From: an uncultured Pyrinomonadaceae bacterium
GTDB taxonomy: Bacteria > Acidobacteriota > Blastocatellia > Pyrinomonadales > Pyrinomonadaceae
NCBI GenBank assembly: GCA_964246305.1
Contig: CAXTPS010000006.1
Coordinates: 97,338 to 161,337 of the forward strand
Length of the DNA: 64,000 bases
Reading direction: 5' to 3'
The notes under the pieces are model-generated. The model worked only from the letters and a program-made list of their open reading frames with translations, did no database searches and was not told the origin of the DNA. Numbering within the stretch: the first letter of the stretch is position 1; each line of letters opens with the position of its first letter. Below, piece by piece: positions 43,893 through 53,711 of the stretch. The position numbers and the translations under genes are program-made.

Positions 43893-44894
43893 TTAGCTGC
43901 TTAGCTCGCAGATGAGTAATTCCAATTGCAGACGGGGCGTGCCCTGCGAAGTCTTGATGGCAACGTCTGCTTGGGCGACGCGGCGGATGCTTCGCGTGAG
44001 CGTGCCGGATTCCGTGCGGCGTGCGGTGGCGAGAAAATCTTCGCGCTTGCTGTAAGGCATGGCGACGAGGCGAAAGACCTCCTCTTTGGCTGCGCCGCGA
44101 GCCATCAGCTCTTTGGCTAGAGAGAGCCGGTGATAGTTGTTGGCGATGAGTCCGATGAGCATCACAGGCTCTGAGCCGTCGTCAAGCAGACGCTGCAAGA
44201 TTTGCAATGCGCGCTTGCGATTGCGCGCGATGAGGTGATCCGTCAATTCAAAATTCGATAGCTCGCGCGAGCGTCCCACAAGCGCATCAACCATCTCCAT
44301 CGTGATCCGACCCGAAGGCAAAGCAGCCGTTGCCAGCTTATCCAATTCATTCGAGAGCGTACGCACATCGCTCCCGACCAACGCGACTATCTGCCCGAGC
44401 GTCCTTTCATCCGTTTCCGCCTTCAACTCGCGCAGGTGGCTTTTAGCCCATGAAAGCAGCTCTCTATCCGCGAGCGCGGCGAACTCGACTGCGACGCAGG
44501 CATCTAGCAGAGTCTTCGATAGCTTGCGCCGCTTATCCAAATCATCCGAGGTGAAGATAACGACGCTCGATGCTGCGGGGCGCGAGAGATAGCGCAGGAG
44601 CGCGTCCTCGTCCGCTTCACGCAGCTTGTTGAAATCGCTGATGCGAACGACGCGGCGCGCAGCCATCATCGGCAGTTGCTCTGCGGCGGCGATGGCCTGC
44701 TGCACGTCCGTGTTCGTCAGGCTGTAACTCGTCTCGTTGAACTCACGCAGCGGCGCGTCTGCGAGCGCGGCTTCACTGATGGCACGCGCCGCACGGTCGC
44801 GCAGGTAATCTTCCGGGCCGAAGAGCAGGTAGAGCGGCTCGACGCGTCCGGCTTTGAGCGCGCGTCTCAAATCTTCGCGCGTGAGCGTGCTCAT
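43893..44894 (-). CDS. holA: DNA polymerase III subunit delta
   Basis: The LYLLFGPEDYL N-terminus, its length of 333 aa and the conserved lptE-holA adjacency. Confidence 0.85.
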   Translation of the reverse strand: MSTLTREDLRRALKAGRVEPLYLLFGPEDYLRDRAARAISEAALADAPLREFNETSYSLTNTDVQQAIAAAEQLPMMAARRVVRISDFNKLREADEDALLRYLSRPAASSVVIFTSDDLDKRRKLSKTLLDACVAVEFAALADRELLSWAKSHLRELKAETDERTLGQIVALVGSDVRTLSNELDKLATAALPSGRITMEMVDALVGRSRELSNFELTDHLIARNRKRALQILQRLLDDGSEPVMLIGLIANNYHRLSLAKELMARGAAKEEVFRLVAMPYSKREDFLATARRTESGTLTRSIRRVAQADVAIKTSQGTPRLQLELLICELSS

Positions 44895-45448
44895 TTCTCT
44901 TCGTTCACTCCGAAGCCGTTGACGAGCGTCGAGACGACCGATTCGGCAAAGCTGCGCGCCATGCGCTCGACCGCCGGGTCTTCCTCATTAAAGAAGGAGC
45001 GCGGGTCGTTCGTGAATTCAAACTCGCCGCGAAAGACGTAATTCTGATTGTCATAAAGCACGCGATTTTCCGTCTGGTCGCGCACCGTCACGGCGGCTGT
45101 AATCGTCACTTCAAAGATACGCGCGCGACCGCGATCATCAAGCAGCACGCCCGAAAAAGCGAAGCTCTTAATTACGCCGTCAATCACCGCGTCCGCGCCC
45201 GCCGGGTCGCCCTGCACGCGCAGGCCGTGCCCGCGCCGCACGATCTCTTTAATCACAGCGTCCGTAAAACGCGTCTCGATTTTATAACGCAGAGCGTTGT
45301 TCTGAAACGCCGGGACAGCAATCGTGCGTATGCGTTTGGGCAGACCGCTCTTCGTCACAGGCTTGTAGCATTCTGTAAAGCCTGAGACGCACAGGAGCGT
45401 TAAGGCGAGCGCGACCGCGCGCCATGATTTATGAAGCAGAGCCATCAA
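44891..45448 (-). CDS. lptE: LptE-like LPS-assembly lipoprotein
   Basis: IRTIAVPAFQNNALRYKIETRFTDAVIKEI...DAVIDGVI...VTITAAVTVRD. It overlaps holA by 4 nt. Confidence 0.65.
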   Translation of the reverse strand: MMALLHKSWRAVALALTLLCVSGFTECYKPVTKSGLPKRIRTIAVPAFQNNALRYKIETRFTDAVIKEIVRRGHGLRVQGDPAGADAVIDGVIKSFAFSGVLLDDRGRARIFEVTITAAVTVRDQTENRVLYDNQNYVFRGEFEFTNDPRSFFNEEDPAVERMARSFAESVVSTLVNGFGVNEEK

Positions 45449-45466
45449 ATAGTTTCTCCGTCAAGA

Positions 45467-45588
45467 GCAAGGATGAAGGCGGAAGGATGAAGGATGAAAA
45501 GAAAGATGTCAACAGCTTGCCTTTCATCCCTCGGATTCTCACACGTGGCTTTTACTTTCATCCTTCCGCCTTCATCCTTCCGCCTTGC
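45467..45588. repeat. hairpin built from GGATGAAGG / CCTTCATCC words; the right arm encodes the folP C-terminus
   Basis: The left arm is gcaaggatgaaggcggaaggatgaaggatgaaaag. The right arm is cttttactttcatccttccgccttcatccttccgccttgc. Codons for KQGGRMKAEG* of FolP lie at 45558-45590. Confidence 0.85.
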
Positions 45589-46424
45589 TTTATGGCATCG
45601 GCCACGCGCACGGTTTCGACCGCCGCACGCACGTCATGCACGCGGACGATGTGCGCGCCGCGCAGGACGGCAGCCGTCACGGTCGCCATCGTTCCGTGCA
45701 GCCGCGCATCCGTGGGCGCGTCATCCAGAATGCGTCCGATGAAAGACTTGCGCGACGTACCGACGAGAATCGGAAAGCCCGAAAAACTTTCTGCGAACTC
45801 GTCGAGCCGCGCGATCAATTCAAGGTTCTGCTCTAAAGTTTTTCCGAAACCGATGCCGGGGTCGAGCGCGATTGCCTCACGCTTGACGCCGCATCTCAAC
45901 GCCATGTTCAGGCTGCGGCGCAGGCTCGCACGCAGCTCGCTAAAAATGTCTGGCGACGGCGGCAGGCGATGCAGCGTGCCGGGCGTGCCCCTCGAATGCA
46001 TCAGGACGAGTCCCGCGCCCGACGCGGCGACCTCATCAGCCACATGAAAATCGAAACGCAGAGCGGAGATGTCATTCACTATCGCTGCTCCGGCCTCAAG
46101 CGCGGCGCGTGCCACGACCGATTTGGTCGTATCAACAGAAATCGGAACCTGAGAATGCTTCGCCAGCCGTTCGATGACGGGAATGATGCGGCTCATCTCT
46201 TCTTCCGCAGTCAAGACCGCGCCGCCGCCCGGACGCGTCGATTCGCCTCCGACATCGATCAAGTCCGCGCCCTCCGCGATCATCTCTTCGGCGCGCCTCA
46301 CAGCTTCGTCCGTGTTCAGGAACTGCCCGCCATCGCTAAAGCTATCGGGCGTCACATTGAGCACGCCCATCACCAGCGTCCGCTCACCAATCACAAGCGT
46401 GCGTCGAGCGAGTTTCCATTCCAT
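45558..46424 (-). CDS. folP: dihydropteroate synthase
   Basis: VMGVLNVTPDSFSDGG...IDVGGESTRPG...ISVDT...NDIS. Confidence 0.9.
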   Translation of the reverse strand: MEWKLARRTLVIGERTLVMGVLNVTPDSFSDGGQFLNTDEAVRRAEEMIAEGADLIDVGGESTRPGGGAVLTAEEEMSRIIPVIERLAKHSQVPISVDTTKSVVARAALEAGAAIVNDISALRFDFHVADEVAASGAGLVLMHSRGTPGTLHRLPPSPDIFSELRASLRRSLNMALRCGVKREAIALDPGIGFGKTLEQNLELIARLDEFAESFSGFPILVGTSRKSFIGRILDDAPTDARLHGTMATVTAAVLRGAHIVRVHDVRAAVETVRVADAIKQGGRMKAEG

Positions 46425-46483
46425 AAAACAATTCTATAGCGATTTTCAGATGCATGCGACTTTTATTGCCGCGAAGAAAGTTT

Positions 46484-46580
46484 CCCGCAAAGGCGCAAAG
46501 ACGCAAAGAAGAAGACCGCAAAGAGCACCCGTCTATCAAGGCTCTGTGGTCTTCCTTTGCGTCTTTGCGCCTTTGCGGGG
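46484..46580. repeat. near-perfect ~40-bp-stem hairpin built from GCAAAG / CTTTGC words (copy 1)
   Basis: cccgcaaaggcgcaaagacgcaaagaagaagaccgcaaagagc...gctctgtggtcttcctttgcgtctttgcgcctttgcgggg. Confidence 0.9.
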
Positions 46581-46647
46581 AATGATTTTAAAAAGCTAAA
46601 AGGGAAGAGGCTTGAATGCCCCTTCCCCTTTTGCCTTTTACCTTCCC

Positions 46648-48582
46648 TTACGCCGTTGCCGGATTGCTGCCGGTAATCGGCGGCAGGATCGGCTTTAAGG
46701 GTTTGACGGTCGGCTCTTTGAGTTGCGGCCTTTCGTCATCGCCGCTGGCGGGCGGCTGGTCTTCATCGAGCGGGAGTCCCGCGACGATGCGGCGAATCTG
46801 CACGCTGTCGAGCGACTCGCGTTCGAGCAGAGTCTCCGAGAGACGAATCATCGTGTCGCGGTTGTCTTCGATGATCTGCTTGGCACGGTCATACTGGCTA
46901 GAAACTATCTGCTTCACTTCCTGATCTATCTTGATCGCGGTGTCTTCTGAAAAATCTCTGTGCTGGGCTATCTCGCGCCCCAAGAAGATTTGCTCCTCCT
47001 TCTTGCCGAAGGTGAGCGGCCCCAGCTCTGACATCCCGTACTCGCAGACCATCGCACGCGCGAGTTCAGTCGCACGCTCGATATCATTGCTCGCGCCGGT
47101 CGTGATGTTGTCAAGGAACACATCCTCGGCAATGCGCCCGCCCATCAGGATAGCAATCTGTCCCAACAGGTATTCTTTCGAATAGTTGTGACGGTCGCCT
47201 TCTGGCAACTGCTGCGTCACGCCCAGAGCCATGCCGCGCGGAATGATTGTCACCTTATGAACGGGGTCTGCGTTCGGGACTTTCAGGCCGACGAGCGTGT
47301 GCCCCGCTTCATGATAAGCGGTAATGCGTTTCTCTTCGTTCGAGATAACCATGCTCTTGCGCTCCGCGCCCATCAAGACCTTGTCCTTCGCCAGCTCAAA
47401 GTCAGGCATCGCGACCAGCTTCTTGTTATAACGCGCGGCATTCAGAGCGGCCTCGTTGACCAGATTCGCAAGGTCTGCGCCGGTAAAGCCGGGCGTGCCG
47501 CGAGCGATGATGCTGATGTCAACATCTTCGCCGAGCGGAATCTTGCGTGTGTGGACTTTCAAGATGCCTTCGCGTCCACGCACGTCGGGCCTTGAGACGA
47601 CGACGCGGCGATCAAAGCGTCCGGGTCTCAAGAGCGCCGGGTCGAGCACGTCCGGCCTGTTGGTCGAAGCGATGAGAATTACTCCATCATTCGACTCGAA
47701 GCCGTCCATCTCGACGAGCAGTTGATTCAGGGTCTGTTCGCGCTCGTCGTGTCCGCCGCCGAGGCCCGCGCCGCGATGACGACCGACAGCATCTATCTCA
47801 TCAATAAAGATAATGCACGGAGCGTTCTTCTTGCCCTGCTCAAAGAGGTCGCGCACGCGGCTCGCGCCGACGCCGACGAACATCTCTACAAAATCGGAAC
47901 CGGAGATGGAGAAGAACGGCACGTTGGCTTCGCCCGCAATCGCACGCGCGAGCAGGGTCTTGCCGGTTCCCGGCGGCCCCATCATCAAGACGCCTTTCGG
48001 AATGCGCCCGCCGAGCTTTTGAAACTTTTGCGGCTCTTTGAGAAATTCGATAATCTCTTGAAGCTCTTCTTTGGCCTCTTCGACGCCCGCCACGTCTTTG
48101 AACGTGACGCGCTTCTGCTGGTTATTCAGAAGCTTCGCGCGCGACTTGCCAAAGCTCAGAGCCTTGTTGCCGCCCGACTGCATCTGCCGCAGCATGAAAA
48201 TCCAGAAGCCTATCAGAAGCACGAAGGGCGCCCACGTAATCAAGGCTGTGACCAGAAAGCCGCTGCTGGCTGCCTCTTCCTGCACCTTTTCGACCTTTTT
48301 CGGCTTGCCGTCGCCGCCGGATGCGAGCTTCATCAGCTCGTTCCTTCTCGGCTCATTGCTCAGCGGCGTGCGAAATTCGTTGCCGCTTTTATCGGTCGCG
48401 ACCACTTCCTGCTGTTTGAAGATTGCCTGTTTGATCTCGCCGTTATCGATTTTCTCAATAAGCGCGACCTGATCAATATCCTGTGTGCCTTTGCCGGGCG
48501 GATGCGCCAGAAACTTATAGAGCAAAAGCGCGCCGACGACGATGAATAACCAGAAAATTATTTGTCTAGCAGTGGAACTCAA
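46648..48582 (-). CDS. ftsH: ATP-dependent zinc metalloprotease FtsH
   Basis: [27 protein letters not shown], the SRH region, and the zinc motif HEAGHTL. Confidence 0.95.
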   Translation of the reverse strand: MSSTARQIIFWLFIVVGALLLYKFLAHPPGKGTQDIDQVALIEKIDNGEIKQAIFKQQEVVATDKSGNEFRTPLSNEPRRNELMKLASGGDGKPKKVEKVQEEAASSGFLVTALITWAPFVLLIGFWIFMLRQMQSGGNKALSFGKSRAKLLNNQQKRVTFKDVAGVEEAKEELQEIIEFLKEPQKFQKLGGRIPKGVLMMGPPGTGKTLLARAIAGEANVPFFSISGSDFVEMFVGVGASRVRDLFEQGKKNAPCIIFIDEIDAVGRHRGAGLGGGHDEREQTLNQLLVEMDGFESNDGVILIASTNRPDVLDPALLRPGRFDRRVVVSRPDVRGREGILKVHTRKIPLGEDVDISIIARGTPGFTGADLANLVNEAALNAARYNKKLVAMPDFELAKDKVLMGAERKSMVISNEEKRITAYHEAGHTLVGLKVPNADPVHKVTIIPRGMALGVTQQLPEGDRHNYSKEYLLGQIAILMGGRIAEDVFLDNITTGASNDIERATELARAMVCEYGMSELGPLTFGKKEEQIFLGREIAQHRDFSEDTAIKIDQEVKQIVSSQYDRAKQIIEDNRDTMIRLSETLLERESLDSVQIRRIVAGLPLDEDQPPASGDDERPQLKEPTVKPLKPILPPITGSNPATA

Positions 48583-48772
48583 ATCTTTTCCTTGCCTCCG
48601 ATGAAGGATGATAACCCATCCGACATCTTTTGTCGCTCCCCGAACCCTTTGGCCTTAGCGTCGGCGGAGCGCACTTGTCCGTTTTAATCCTGCAAAGCCG
48701 CAGCTTAGATGCCTGCGGCGGCCATGCAAGTTGCGCTATTTAAGCAAACGCGCGAAAGCATTTCAACAATCG

Positions 48773-49309
48773 TCAGGCTTCGGCTCTCTTTTCCACATTG
48801 GCGGCGGGCAGCGTCGCCAGAAAAGGCAGTTCTCGCCAGCGTTCGTGAAAGCCTAAACCGTAGCCGAACAGGTATCCCTCGCTCGATTCAAACGCGCGCC
48901 AGTCGGGCGTGAGCGCGACTCGCCTGCGCTCAGGCTTGTCGAGCAGCACGCAGAGCTTGACGCTTCCCGCGCCGCGCGACTCCAATTGCTTAATCAAATA
49001 TTCCTGCGTCACGCCCGTATCAAGCACGCCTTCAACCAGAAGCACGTCGCGTCCGGTCAAATCCATCTGCGTGCTAAAACTCAGGTCTTGAACTCCAGCG
49101 AGCGTGTGATGGCGGTAGCGTAGGAAGGCCGTGCGGACTGGAGTTTTAATCGCGCGCAGGAGGTCTGCCAGAAAGACGAAGCTGTCTTCGAGGACACCGA
49201 GCACGGCCAGCTCGCGCCCCTCATAAGCCTTCGAGATTTCAGACGCGAGCGCCTCTATCCGTTCAGCGATTAACGCCTCGCCGTAAATCTCTACGATCTG
49301 ATCAGCCAT
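48773..49309 (-). CDS. hpt: hypoxanthine phosphoribosyltransferase
   Basis: VLLVEGVLDTGVT is the PRPP-binding loop, and LLDKPERRRV and FGYGLGFHERWRELP are also present. The ORF is open to a GTG at 49405 that overlaps the tilS stop. The ATG at 49309 gives the canonical ~178 aa. Confidence 0.85.
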   Translation of the reverse strand: MADQIVEIYGEALIAERIEALASEISKAYEGRELAVLGVLEDSFVFLADLLRAIKTPVRTAFLRYRHHTLAGVQDLSFSTQMDLTGRDVLLVEGVLDTGVTQEYLIKQLESRGAGSVKLCVLLDKPERRRVALTPDWRAFESSEGYLFGYGLGFHERWRELPFLATLPAANVEKRAEA

Positions 49310-49401
49310 ATGCGTCCCGCGTCTCAAAAAACCATCGAAGAAATCGAAAACCGCCTGTCCCGAAATACGCGGCGGCGGCGCTCTCTGGATTTTAGACGCC
49401 T

Positions 49402-50460
49402 TCACTCTCCTTTTTCAACCTTTTCAGCGTGAAAGAGCAGATGGCCTCGCTTTCTCTCCACACAGCAACCGCCGGGAAGCTCTGCGATGCGTCCGCCGCG
49501 CTCGCCGTAGATCAGTTTTTCAACTGCCCGGAGATGCACCAGCTCAAGCCTGCGTAAGTCGCCGCGCACACGCGCGAGCCACTGCCTTAAGGCGCGCCTG
49601 CGGACTGAATCGCTCGCGCTCACAAGCACATTTACGCGCAGTGAAACGACGCCGCAAGAGTCTTCATCGCTGGCGGCTTTCAATAATTCATGCGCCGCCG
49701 CGTGCAAAGCTTCTGCATCCGCCCTTAAAAGTTCGGAGGTTCGAGCCAGAGCCTCGACCGCGCGCCTGTTGAAAGTCTGCATCAACGGCAGAAGTTGTTT
49801 GCGCACACGCACACGCGCAAAACTCTCATCCTCGTTCATCGCATCCACACTAAAGGCCACGCCACGCGCCTGACAATACTTCACAGTCCCGGCACGCCGC
49901 GCCCAGCTTAAGAGCGGCCTCACGAGCAGGATGTTCTTCTCGCCGTCAAGCACACGCACAGGCGACATGCCGCTCAATCCCTCTGCGCCGCTTCCGCGCA
50001 TCAAGCGCAGCAGCACGGTCTCCGCCTGATCGTCCATCGTGTGCCCCGTCAGCACCGCACAGGCTTCAGAGCGTATTGCCACCCCTGTCAAAAATTTGTA
50101 ACGCGCGCGACGCGCGGCCTGCTCCAAATTATCCACAGCCTCTTTCGCAAGCTCTCGCACGTTCACTTCATCGTGAGCGATTTCATAACCCAACGCCTCA
50201 GCTAACTCTGACACACAACGCGCATCACGCTCGCCTTCTTCTCCGCGCAGCCCGTGATTGAGATGAGCCACGATGCATTTCAACTCAAGCCTACGCGCAC
50301 GCGCCAACTCATCCAGAGCGAGCAGCAAAGCCGTCGAGTCCGCGCCGCCGGAGACCGCGACGACCACGCGCTTCTCTGCGATGGGCAGCGATAGATGTTC
50401 CCATTCGGTCAGCAGTCTGCGCGCAAAGCTGCTGAGCCGATGCTTTGCATCTCTGTTCAA
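49402..50460 (-). CDS. tilS: tRNA(Ile)-lysidine synthetase
   Basis: The PP-loop VAVSGGADSTALL and the conserved tilS-hpt-ftsH order. Confidence 0.85.
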   Translation of the reverse strand: MNRDAKHRLSSFARRLLTEWEHLSLPIAEKRVVVAVSGGADSTALLLALDELARARRLELKCIVAHLNHGLRGEEGERDARCVSELAEALGYEIAHDEVNVRELAKEAVDNLEQAARRARYKFLTGVAIRSEACAVLTGHTMDDQAETVLLRLMRGSGAEGLSGMSPVRVLDGEKNILLVRPLLSWARRAGTVKYCQARGVAFSVDAMNEDESFARVRVRKQLLPLMQTFNRRAVEALARTSELLRADAEALHAAAHELLKAASDEDSCGVVSLRVNVLVSASDSVRRRALRQWLARVRGDLRRLELVHLRAVEKLIYGERGGRIAELPGGCCVERKRGHLLFHAEKVEKGE

Positions 50461-50486
50461 AGCTTATTTCATCCCTAAAACTTCAG

Positions 50487-51146
50487 TTAATCAACAATCG
50501 CGAAAGCTCTGACCGGAAACGTCCCGAACTCTTTGACCTTGACCGGCACGGCGAAAAATCTGTAGCCGCTCTCCGGCAGCGACTCCAGATTGCACAGGTG
50601 TTCGACAATCGGAATGTTCGCTTTGAGTAACAACGTGTGCGCGGGTCTGCGCCCGTCTGCCGTGTCGTCTATGTTGTACGAATCAATCCCGACAAGCGCG
50701 GCCTCCGCGTTAACCAGAGCTTGCGCGGCTTCCGCAGTCAGGAACGGATGGGACTCGTAATAGCTTTCGCTTCTCCAACGACGTGACCAGCCGGTCTGAA
50801 TCAGCACGGCCTTGCCGCGCAACTCGTAACCATCGAAGACGGATTTCCTGATAGCTCTACTTTCATCATCGCTCACGCGAATCGTGATGCCTTCGAGATC
50901 GGCTAAAGATTCGAGCGGAAGCTCCGAGAGGTCGCGTCCGTCCGCGTAACGATGAAACGGCGAGTCGAGATACGTGCCGGTGTTGGCGACCATCTCGATG
51001 CGCCCGATATGAAACTCTGTCCCGCTGGCGTAACTGTTCCGCGACGCTTCGCGGCTCAGAAAATCCGAGATGACGGGAGCGGGCAATCCTTTGTAAGTAA
51101 TCATCCCGTGCTCGACGGTGTGGCTGACATCAATGATTGATGACAT
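50487..51146 (-). CDS. cyclase-family protein (second PF04199-like paralogue in the window)
   Basis: IIDVSHTVEHGMITYKGLP...MVANTGTYLDSPFHRY. Confidence 0.8.
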   Translation of the reverse strand: MSSIIDVSHTVEHGMITYKGLPAPVISDFLSREASRNSYASGTEFHIGRIEMVANTGTYLDSPFHRYADGRDLSELPLESLADLEGITIRVSDDESRAIRKSVFDGYELRGKAVLIQTGWSRRWRSESYYESHPFLTAEAAQALVNAEAALVGIDSYNIDDTADGRRPAHTLLLKANIPIVEHLCNLESLPESGYRFFAVPVKVKEFGTFPVRAFAIVD

Positions 51147-51179
51147 AAAGCTTCTCCACTTCGATTTTCAAGCAAGCTC

Positions 51180-51362
51180 TCACTCATGTTCCGCTGTCAA
51201 AGCTTCCTGACGGCTGCGAATCAGCGCGGACAGACCGTCAAGCGCCTTGCGAGCCATGCCGGTCGGGTCTTTCTTGACACCCAACTGCTCGTGCGCGTCT
51301 CCCAGAATCCCTATCAACTCATCCTGCACGATAATACGAATCTTTTTCTCTTCTTCAGTCAT
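51180..51362 (-). CDS. small hypothetical protein (60 aa)
   Basis: An AAGGAAAAGAG sequence lies upstream of the ATG. The peptide is helical and acidic, with no recognisable family. Confidence 0.4.
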   Translation of the reverse strand: MTEEEKKIRIIVQDELIGILGDAHEQLGVKKDPTGMARKALDGLSALIRSRQEALTAEHE

Positions 51363-51397
51363 TCTCTTTTCCTTTCAAATCAAAATTGCAATCAGAT

Positions 51398-52114
51398 TTA
51401 TTTCGCCAGATGAAAAAACACATCCTCAAACGGCGCGTCGTGCAGCGCGGAGCGTTCACGCAACTCCTGCGGCGCGCCCTCGGCTACGAGCACGCCGCCG
51501 CGCATGATGCCGACGCGGTCTGAGATGCGCTCGACAAAGCTCATCACGTGCGAAGAGATGAGCAGGGCGCGACCAGCCGCGCTCTCCTCTTCGACGCGAA
51601 GCCTGAGCTTCCGCATCATCTCTACATCTAGACCATTAAGCGGCTCGTCCAGCACCAGCACATCGGGGCTGCCCGTCATCGCCGCCGCCAGTCCCAACTT
51701 CTTCCGCATGCCGAGCGAATAGCTTCCGACCCATTTATCCGCGACCGCGCTCAGCTCGAAAAAATCTATCTCCGAGGCGACCGAATCCGTTGCGGCGTCT
51801 TTGAGTCCCGCGACGAGTTGCAGATACTCTCTGCCGGTCAGGCGATTATAAAGAAATAGTTCTTCCGGCAAATATCCGAGCCGCCTCTTAACCGTCGGCG
51901 CGTGGCGCGCGAGGTCTTCGCCGCCGATGTAGACTTTGCCAGCATCAGCGGCAGTGATGCCGGTAATGATGCGTATCAGAGTTGACTTGCCCGCGCCGTT
52001 CGCGCCGACGAGCGAGTACACTTCGCCCGCTCCGACAGACAGGCTGACTTCATTAACTGCGACCAGCTCGCCGTAACTTTTTTTCACCGCCTCGACTCTG
52101 ACCAGCTCGCTCAA
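51398..52114 (-). CDS. ABC transporter ATP-binding protein
   Basis: Walker A GANGAGKST, signature YSLGMRKKL and Walker B VLVLDEP. Confidence 0.9.
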   Translation of the reverse strand: MSELVRVEAVKKSYGELVAVNEVSLSVGAGEVYSLVGANGAGKSTLIRIITGITAADAGKVYIGGEDLARHAPTVKRRLGYLPEELFLYNRLTGREYLQLVAGLKDAATDSVASEIDFFELSAVADKWVGSYSLGMRKKLGLAAAMTGSPDVLVLDEPLNGLDVEMMRKLRLRVEEESAAGRALLISSHVMSFVERISDRVGIMRGGVLVAEGAPQELRERSALHDAPFEDVFFHLAK

Positions 52115-53559
52115 TCGCCCTCCGTCATCAAACAGAATTTCGCGCGCCCGTGCCCGCGCTCGGTCAGCCCCCGTATCACGTTCGTCGCAAACGGCACCAA
52201 GCCTATCGGCCAGAAGAGCGTCACGAACAGGCCGAACACTGCGCCGGAGCTTATCATCAACACGATGGCAAGCTCAGGACGGTCTGGCACTTCAAAAGAG
52301 AGCGAGCCTATGAGCAGGCTCACAAGCCACCACAGCCACACGCATTCTGCCAGGAGCGGCAGCGCGTAAAAGAGCGGCACTGTTCCCGTCGCCATGCTGA
52401 TGAGCCACACGATAAGCGGCGAAGGCAAGCTCAGCAGGCGCGCATACCAGAGCTTTGTTTCCCACATCTGTTTGCCCGTCGCGCCCGTCGCGCGCTCAAG
52501 CCAGAAATGCGGAAGCTGATAAGCGACCAGCACCGCCACCAGAATCGAGCACGACGCGCTCGCCAGCACGCACGTAATCTTCGCAGCCATCACAGACGGC
52601 AGCCACGTCGCCTCGAACCATCCCGGCTCCCCCGCGACTGCTGGCAGCCATCCCGTGACCAGCACCGTTATCAAGACGACGAGCAGGAGCACGAATATAA
52701 ACAGCGCGACGTAAACTGCCGAAGAGAAAGCGCGTAGAGTTAGCTGCAAGTCGCGCGCGAGTTGCACGGCGACGGCGCGCTCAAATCTTTCTGTCAAAAA
52801 ACGTGCGCCGAACGCGCTGACCTTGCCACCCGCCTGTAGCCGCTTGGCATATTCTATGTCCGAAGCGCGCCAACGCTCATGCAGCACGCGTGTCAAAAAA
52901 TAAAGCGCGACCGCCCACACCGCGCCGCACACGACGAGCCAACGATTGATTCCAAACGGCAACACGGCTGGCCTCAACATACGCAGGAGCAGCAACCCCG
53001 CGAGCATCGCAGACACGATGCCTGTCAACATCGCTCCAATCGCCGCGAGACTGTTTTTAGTATGTCCCCAATGAATCCAGTTCAAAGCCGTGAAGATTTC
53101 CGTCAGCGCGATAATCAGAATCAAGCATACGAGCGGCGGCAGGGCTGTTGCATCCAGTAACCTGCCCGCGCCTGCCAGAGAGCGCACTATCAAAATCAAT
53201 AAGCCGAAGAGAGCCGCGCGAGCGATTCTTTTTGAGCATGCCGCGTGGAGTTGAGTCGAAAGCGGGACGGGCAGCGCATCCAGCACGGATTCCGGCAGAC
53301 GCAGGTGATAAATCTCCGTGCTCGTACGCGTCAGGCTGAGGCCGATGAGACTGTAGATGAAACCGGCGCACATGAGCAGGCTGAGCCGAAAGGAGGGCTG
53401 CCACGCGGGGGCTTCCTCAGCCAGCCGCGACACGGTCGCATACGAGATGCCGAAGACGAGCGGCGACAGAATCAGCAAAGTGTAGAGGTGCTGCCCGGCC
53501 CAGCGCACCTGCTCGCGCACGCTCGCGCCAATCACCAGCCTGAGTTTTTTCACGCTCAA
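52111..53559 (-). CDS. polytopic membrane protein, putative permease partner of the ABC ATPase
   Basis: It has at least 10 hydrophobic helices and overlaps the ATPase gene by 4 nt. Confidence 0.7.
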   Translation of the reverse strand: MSVKKLRLVIGASVREQVRWAGQHLYTLLILSPLVFGISYATVSRLAEEAPAWQPSFRLSLLMCAGFIYSLIGLSLTRTSTEIYHLRLPESVLDALPVPLSTQLHAACSKRIARAALFGLLILIVRSLAGAGRLLDATALPPLVCLILIIALTEIFTALNWIHWGHTKNSLAAIGAMLTGIVSAMLAGLLLLRMLRPAVLPFGINRWLVVCGAVWAVALYFLTRVLHERWRASDIEYAKRLQAGGKVSAFGARFLTERFERAVAVQLARDLQLTLRAFSSAVYVALFIFVLLLVVLITVLVTGWLPAVAGEPGWFEATWLPSVMAAKITCVLASASCSILVAVLVAYQLPHFWLERATGATGKQMWETKLWYARLLSLPSPLIVWLISMATGTVPLFYALPLLAECVWLWWLVSLLIGSLSFEVPDRPELAIVLMISSGAVFGLFVTLFWPIGLVPFATNVIRGLTERGHGRAKFCLMTEGD

Positions 53560-53630
53560 ATGATTACCACACTCGCGCTATTTTTTACATCGAGCGCGCA
53601 GCAAATAAGGTCAGAAATCAGAGCGAGCAT

Positions 53631-53693
53631 TTCTTCTTTGCGCCACCAGCGCCTTTGCGGGAGACGTAAATTTCCCGCAAAGACGCAAAGGAA
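53631..53693. repeat. hairpin built from GCAAAG / CTTTGC words (copy 2)
   Basis: ttctttgcgccaccagcgcctttgcgggagacgtaaatttcccgcaaagacgcaaaggaa. Confidence 0.8.
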
Positions 53694-53711
53694 AACTTAT
53701 TTGTCTTTAGC

